The notes below the pieces were generated by a model. That model was not told the DNA's origin and searched no databases. It was given only the letters and a program-made list of their open reading frames with translations. The translations under genes and the position numbers were made by a program. From an uncultured Myxococcales bacterium (GTDB taxonomy: Bacteria; Myxococcota; UBA4151), in assembly GCA_964013405.1 (NCBI GenBank), contig CAXGWI010000116.1:1-11268 (forward strand): a stretch of 11,268 nucleotides of DNA, in the 5' to 3' direction. Positions 7,377 through 11,268 of the stretch are shown piece by piece. Numbering within the stretch: the stretch's first letter is position 1; each line of letters opens with the position of its first letter.

Positions 7377-8201
7377 TTAACCCAGCAGACTCAACGCGGC
7401 CTGCGGTGAAGAGTTAGCCTGCGCGAGAATCGCCGTACCCGACTGCACCAGAATCTGGGCCCGGGTGAACGTGGCGGTCTCCGCCGCAAAGTCAACGTCT
7501 CGAATACGAGAGTTGGCCGCGGTGGCGTTCTCGATGTCGGCTTCCAGGTTACCGATTGCGCGCTCAAGGCGGTTCTGAACCGCACCGAGCTTACTACGGT
7601 AAGTGTTCACCGTGCTCAAGGCCGCGCTGATTGCGTCGAGCGCATCGTTGGCATTGGCTTCGGTGTCCACCGCCTCGGTGCTCAACGCCAAACTACTGGC
7701 GCTCATACCACCATCAAGGGTCGCGGCGAGGGCGTTACTGGCAACATTTTGGAAGCCAACACGGAAGCTCATCACCAGAGTCGCGTTCAACAGGTTCTTG
7801 CCGTTGAAGTTGGTGGTGGAAGCGATCCGGTTGATTTCACCAACGAGCTCAGTGAACTCAGCGTTGGCATTAGCTCGGTCGGTTGTGTTGAGCGACTCGG
7901 TGCTCGAGCGAACGGCTAGTTCACGCATACGATCGAGCATGCCGCTGATTTGCTCAACGCCACCTTCGGCTGTCTGAATCATCGAAACACCTTCTTGGGC
8001 ATTTCGAACAGCAGCGCCTTGTCCCTTGATACGGTGCTCAAGAGCGGTACTGATGGCCAGACCAGCAGCGTCGTCAGCGGCGCGGTTGATCCGGCTACCA
8101 CTGGCGAGTTTTTCGAGACTGGAATTGAACAGTGCCTGACTCTTGTTGAGTCGGTTCTGCGCAAAAGTAGAATGAGGATTAGAACGTACTACGAGTGCCA
8201 T
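7377..8201 (-). CDS. fliC: Flagellin (short, D0/D1 only), probable major flagellin
   Basis: LASGSRINRAADDAAGLAIS, SMIQTAEGG, RMRELA, RSKLGAVQNRLE, SRIRDVDFAAE and QANSSPQAALSLLG motifs. Strong AAGGAGG SD. Confidence 0.95.
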   Translation of the reverse strand: MALVVRSNPHSTFAQNRLNKSQALFNSSLEKLASGSRINRAADDAAGLAISTALEHRIKGQGAAVRNAQEGVSMIQTAEGGVEQISGMLDRMRELAVRSSTESLNTTDRANANAEFTELVGEINRIASTTNFNGKNLLNATLVMSFRVGFQNVASNALAATLDGGMSASSLALSTEAVDTEANANDALDAISAALSTVNTYRSKLGAVQNRLERAIGNLEADIENATAANSRIRDVDFAAETATFTRAQILVQSGTAILAQANSSPQAALSLLG

Positions 8202-8203
8202 GG

Positions 8204-8243
8204 GTTCCTCCTTGGAACGGCTCCTCCCCTTTCCTTGGGGAGG
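8204..8243 (-). promoter_or_regulatory. Two GGA-loop hairpins (putative CsrA/RsmA sites) in flagellin leader
   Basis: CCTCCCC-AAGGAAA-GGGGAGG (8223-8243) and GTTCC-AAGGA-GGAAC (8204-8218, overlapping the SD). Confidence 0.7.
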
Positions 8244-8406
8244 GGGGCGCTAACCCCAGTTAATTTTTTGGTTCTGTGTTGGTCGCTGCTCGAGGTTCAG
8301 GGGCAAGCAGTTACCGGGTTGCGTGACCGGCTAAGTCGTCATCCGCCGATGCGACCTATTCGGAAGATCCTCCTTTCTTGCCTTGGGGCATTGAACCTTC
8401 ACCCTC

Positions 8407-8435
8407 AGTGTGAGGGCCAAAAAACAGGAAGTCAA
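8407..8435 (-). promoter_or_regulatory. Possible sigma70-type promoter upstream of flagellin 7377-8201
   Basis: TTGACT-N17-CACACT on the minus strand. The -10 element sits within a small inverted repeat, CCCTCA-N3-TGAGGG (8402-8416). Confidence 0.35.
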
Positions 8436-8485
8436 GAGAACGACCCAGGATTCACGGGGAATTCTGGTCATTCTCTCGACTTTTT

Positions 8486-8516
8486 CCCTGGCCACCCCGT
8501 TGCGTGGCCGGGTTTT
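8486..8516. other. Stem-loop immediately downstream of the middle flagellin
   Basis: Plus strand CCCTGGCCAC-N8-GTGGCCGGG followed by TTTT. On the gene's own (minus) strand the hairpin is followed by A's, so it is not a canonical terminator for that gene. Confidence 0.4.
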
Positions 8517-8522
8517 GGGCGA

Positions 8523-9347
8523 CTATCTCACCAGATTAATCGCCAACTCAGGAATGGAATTCGCCTGGCCGATGACCGCTGATGTCGATTCCATCAGCAC
8601 TCGAAGGCGAGATAACATGGATGTCGCCTCGGCAAAGTCAGCATCCATGATCCGGCCCTCAGCCGATGAAGATGCCTCGATATCGCTCTCAAGGCTGAAA
8701 ATGGAACGCTCTAAGCGATTCATCGTGGCGCCAAAGAGCGCCGACTTATCGAGCACACTAGCCATCGCCGCACTGAGTTGACCTAGGGTCTGGTGGGCAG
8801 CGGCCACCGTATCAATCCGCTCGAATTCTAAGCCTAAGCTGGAGGCCCGCAATCCACCGCTGGTCGTCAGCGTGATGCGATCATTCGCCAGATTGTCCAT
8901 GCCGACCTGAAAGGTCAATTGCAGGGAGCTATTCAGCATCTGCTGGCCTTGGAACTCGGTGGTCTGAGCGATGCGATCAATCTCTAAAACCAGGCCTTGA
9001 AATTCCAGATTGGCCGCAGCCCGGTTCGAGGGGGTGAGACTTTCCGTGCTCGCTCGAGTCGCCAGCTCGCGCATGCGGTGGAGCATTTCGACCACTTGCT
9101 TGACCCCCCCCTCCGTGGTCTGGAGGAGAGAGATCGCAGCGTGGGCATTACGCTTGGCTATACCCTGGGCTCGAATCCGGTGATCTAAGTGCGTTGAGAC
9201 CGCCGCCGCCGTTGGGTCGTCTGCGGACTTATTCACTCTCGCCCCGGTACTCAGTACCTCGTAATTATCGTTAAGCATCTCGCTGTAGCGAATCAGACGA
9301 TTCTGAGCGAAAACGCTGGCAGGATTACTGTGAACTACAATGGACAT
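8523..9347 (-). CDS. Divergent flagellin paralog (probable minor flagellin)
   Basis: 274 aa from ATG 9347 (AGGGAGG SD; MSIVVHSN aligns with the paralog starts). Motifs LSTGARVNKSADD, LQTTEGG, RMRELA, GATMNRLE, RIMDADFAE and QAN are present but degenerate. Confidence 0.9.
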   Translation of the reverse strand: MSIVVHSNPASVFAQNRLIRYSEMLNDNYEVLSTGARVNKSADDPTAAAVSTHLDHRIRAQGIAKRNAHAAISLLQTTEGGVKQVVEMLHRMRELATRASTESLTPSNRAAANLEFQGLVLEIDRIAQTTEFQGQQMLNSSLQLTFQVGMDNLANDRITLTTSGGLRASSLGLEFERIDTVAAAHQTLGQLSAAMASVLDKSALFGATMNRLERSIFSLESDIEASSSAEGRIMDADFAEATSMLSRLRVLMESTSAVIGQANSIPELAINLVR

Positions 9348-9351
9348 CGGT

Positions 9352-9389
9352 GCCTCCCTGGCTTTGTCCTGCCGCCCTTCCATGGGCAG
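9352..9389 (-). promoter_or_regulatory. Two GGA-loop hairpins (putative CsrA/RsmA sites) in flagellin leader
   Basis: CTGCCC-ATGGAA-GGGCGG (9372-9389) and GCC-AGGGA-GGC (9352-9362, overlapping the SD). Confidence 0.6.
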
Positions 9390-9463
9390 CCTCTATTCCC
9401 GTCAACGTCACATGCGCATCACCTGATTAGGCCGAATTCCTCCTTTTCTTGATAATCGATGTG

Positions 9464-9501
9464 GGGGCGAAGCCCCAGCCGCCCCGCGTCCGGGGCGGCT
9501 G
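9464..9501 (-). terminator. GC-rich stem-loop(s) after flagellin 9513-10334 (terminator or mRNA 3' stabiliser)
   Basis: Perfect 11-bp stem CAGCCGCCCCG-GACG-CGGGGCGGCTG (9476-9501), then a GGGGC-TTC-GCCCC hairpin. No U-tract. Confidence 0.5.
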
Positions 9502-9512
9502 AATGCTTGCGC

Positions 9513-10334
9513 TTAACCCAGCAGAGCCAATGCTGCCTGAGGCGCGGCATTCGCCTGACTCAGTACGGCCGTTCCGCTTTGAGTGAGGATCTGCAGTCGA
9601 GTCATCCGACTGGTCTCCTCAGCGAAATCGACATCCCGAATCCTCGAGTTGGATGCGACCGTGTTCTCGATATCGGCCTCCAGGTTGGCGATGGACCGCT
9701 CGAGACGGTTCTGCACCGCACCCAGATTACTCCGGTAGGCATTTACAGTGCTCAAGGCAGCGCTGATGACACCCAACGCGTTCCCAGCAAGCGCCTGTGT
9801 TGAAATCGTGCTCGTCAACTGGAGACTTGCAACATTCATCCCGCCTTGAATGGTGGTGACGATCCGGTTGGTACCAATATTCGAGAAACCAACCTGGAAA
9901 CTCAGAACCGTCGTGGCGTTGATGAGCTGATTACCATTAAACGTGGTGGTGACCGCCACCCGGTTAACCTCAGCCAACAGTTGCTGGTATTCTAGGTCTG
10001 AGTTTTGCCGATCGGATTGGCTCAACGTGGTATTGGCAGCACGCACCGCCAGTTCACGCATCCGGTCGAGCATCGAGCGGATCTGCTCAACACCTCCCTC
10101 AGCCGTCTGAATCAAAGAGATGCCCTCTAGGCCATTTTGCCTAGCTGCCTTCTGGCCGACGATGCGATGCTCCATGAGCGTACTCATCGCCAATCCCGCA
10201 GCATCATCACCTGCCTTATTGATGCGGGAACCACTGGCCAAGCGCTCGAAGCTTCGGTTCAGGTCGTGGCTGGTTCTGTTCAAACGATTTTGAGCAAAGA
10301 TGGACTGGGCATTTGTTCTAACTACGATAGCCAT
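9513..10334 (-). CDS. fliC: Flagellin (short, D0/D1 only)
   Basis: ERLASGSRINKAGDDAAGLAMS, IQTAEGG, RMRELA, RSNLGAVQNRLE, SRIRDVDFAEE and QANAAPQAALALLG motifs; AAGGA SD. Confidence 0.95.
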   Translation of the reverse strand: MAIVVRTNAQSIFAQNRLNRTSHDLNRSFERLASGSRINKAGDDAAGLAMSTLMEHRIVGQKAARQNGLEGISLIQTAEGGVEQIRSMLDRMRELAVRAANTTLSQSDRQNSDLEYQQLLAEVNRVAVTTTFNGNQLINATTVLSFQVGFSNIGTNRIVTTIQGGMNVASLQLTSTISTQALAGNALGVISAALSTVNAYRSNLGAVQNRLERSIANLEADIENTVASNSRIRDVDFAEETSRMTRLQILTQSGTAVLSQANAAPQAALALLG

Positions 10335-11268
10335 GATGATCTTCCTTAAATTTGGCGTTTAGTAGACTGTTGTTTGGGAAACCCATCCCTGAGCTTCCCA
10401 ACTGCACCCCACCGAAATGATGATGGTGCAGGGTTCGAAACGATCGGGTTCTCGTTCGTGAAGAGCGCATATAATCTCCTGTTTCGCGCCTTCCTCTCCT
10501 TGAACTCCGACCGGTGAGACGGATGTCTCTTCGTGTCCGGGTTGACCCCCTTGAGGTCCCACCTCCCTTTGGGTCACTGCAGCCTGGAGGGTCACCCCGC
10601 GAGGGGGTATGCTCCAGCTGCTGCAACCTTCCGGGTGGATCGCCTCGTGAAGGGCTCGCCGAACCGGGGTCGCCCCGTGAGGGACTGCCTCGTGCGGGAT
10701 CGCCGCGGCTGGGTGCGTTGCCCTGCGAGGGGCTCGGCTCCATGGGCGGCCATCCAGACGATGGGTCACCTCGGCTCGGGCTGCCCCCACCAGGATCCCA
10801 GCGGCTAGGAGGATCACCCCGCGAGGGGCTCAACTCCCATTTCTGGAACCCGGACGATGGGTCACCTCGGCTCGGGCTTTTCCAGCCGGGATTCCAGCGC
10901 CTTGGAGGGTCACCCCGCGAGGGGCTCGGCTCTAGGTGCTCGTTCCCGACCATCGGGTCAGCTCGATCCGAACTTTCCGGTCCTGGATCCCCCCGGCTCG
11001 GCGGATCCCCTCGGGAGAGGGTTACCGCTTTTGGGGGCCTCCAAAGCCGTGGGTCGCCTCGACTCGGACTCGTCACTGAGGGACTGCCTCGACTCGGACT
11101 CGCCACTGAGGGACTGCCTCGACTTAGACTCGTCCCAGGCGGACTGCCCCTTTCTAGACTCGTCCCAGGCGGACTGCCCCTTCCTAGACTCGTCCCAGGC
11201 GGACTGCCCCTTTCTAGACTCGTCCCAGGCGGACTGCCCCTTTCTAGACTCGTCCCAGGCGGACTGCC
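10318..11268 (-). CDS. Candidate low-complexity repeat protein (SPSRGDP and GSPPGTSLER repeats), 5'-truncated; coding status uncertain
   Basis: The frame of track ORF 10318..11106 stays open to the window end. It has 11 exact SRGDP motifs encoded by varied synonymous codons. The C-terminal ~75 codons run through the flagellin leader, which lowers confidence. Confidence 0.4.
   Translation of the reverse strand, partial: GSPPGTSLERGSPPGTSLERGSPPGTSLGRGSPPGTSLERGSPPGTSLSRGSPSVASPSRGSPSVTSPSRGDPRLWRPPKAVTLSRGDPPSRGDPGPESSDRADPMVGNEHLEPSPSRGDPPRRWNPGWKSPSRGDPSSGFQKWELSPSRGDPPSRWDPGGGSPSRGDPSSGWPPMEPSPSQGNAPSRGDPARGSPSRGDPGSASPSRGDPPGRLQQLEHTPSRGDPPGCSDPKGGGTSRGSTRTRRDIRLTGRSSRRGRRETGDYMRSSRTRTRSFRTLHHHHFGGVQLGSSGMGFPNNSLLNAKFKEDHHGYRS
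10339..10401 (-). promoter_or_regulatory. Two GGA-loop hairpins (putative CsrA/RsmA sites) in flagellin leader
   Basis: TTGGGAAGCTC-AGGGAT-GGGTTTCCCAA (10374-10401) and a weak ATTT-AAGGA-AGAT (10339-10351, SD). A further hairpin, CTGCACC...GGTGCAG, lies at 10402-10431. Confidence 0.6.
10541..11060. repeat. Hierarchical degenerate repeat: ~18-bp core spaced at 48/30/18 bp (96-bp higher-order unit)
   Basis: The core GGRTCNCCNCGN(GAR/CTN)GG, or a degenerate copy, starts at 10541, 10571, 10589, 10637, 10667, 10697, 10715, 10763, 10793, 10811, 10859, 10889, 10907, 10955, 10985, 11003 and 11051. Confidence 0.9.
11061..11268. repeat. 30-bp tandem repeat (about 7 units, continues past the window end)
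   Basis: Two units of GACTCGGACTCGYCACTGAGGGACTGCCTC, one hybrid unit, then units of TTYCTAGACTCGTCCCAGGCGGACTGCCCC up to the end. Confidence 0.95.

Noticed and set aside
7371..7386. Perfect 16-bp palindrome GCTGGGTTAACCCAGC centred on the flagellin stop codon
   Set aside because: It is real, but it is a single occurrence with no U-tract, and I have no supportable function beyond a possible mRNA hairpin.
7950..8781. Plus-strand ORFs 7950..8582 and 8410..8781 spanning the flagellin intergenic region
   Set aside because: They overlap flagellins antisense, have no convincing start context, and show no recognisable protein features.
9348..9383. Longer start (MEGRQDKAREAP) for the middle flagellin
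   Set aside because: ATG 9347 aligns with both paralog starts and has an SD. The upstream ATG lies in the GGA hairpin loop.
7377..10334. Flagellar phase variation by DNA inversion or gene conversion among the three flagellins
   Set aside because: No recombinase, hix-like inverted repeats or long identical tracts between paralogs were seen.
10541..11268. CRISPR array (conserved partly palindromic cores separated by variable segments)
   Set aside because: The cores are degenerate at codon wobble positions, spacings alternate 18/30/48 bp, the intervening segments are related to each other, and no cas genes or AT-rich leader are present.

Overview
GC-rich bacterial window with nearly all genes on the minus strand. 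Read right to left it holds: a low-complexity repeat region running off the window end; three tandem short flagellins (273-274 aa), each preceded by paired GGA-loop hairpins that look like CsrA sites; flaG; an intrinsic terminator; a FliT-like gene, with fliD and fliS absent; a sigma54-like promoter; a large Maf-family flagellin glycosyltransferase with an extra N-terminal domain; pseB and pseC (first two steps of pseudaminic acid synthesis); a PilZ-family protein whose C-terminal structural blocks appear swapped in order; methylmalonyl-CoA epimerase; and the 5' part of a secreted protein resembling the myxobacterial TIGR04551 family, with an apparent 1-nt frameshift near the window edge. The most unusual elements are the internally permuted PilZ domain, the hierarchical SPSRGDP/GSPR(E/L)G repeat that is open on both strands directly upstream of the flagellins, the fused Maf, and a flagellin-glycosylation locus beside a myxobacteria-type marker gene. 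All family assignments come from motif recognition; no database searches were run.
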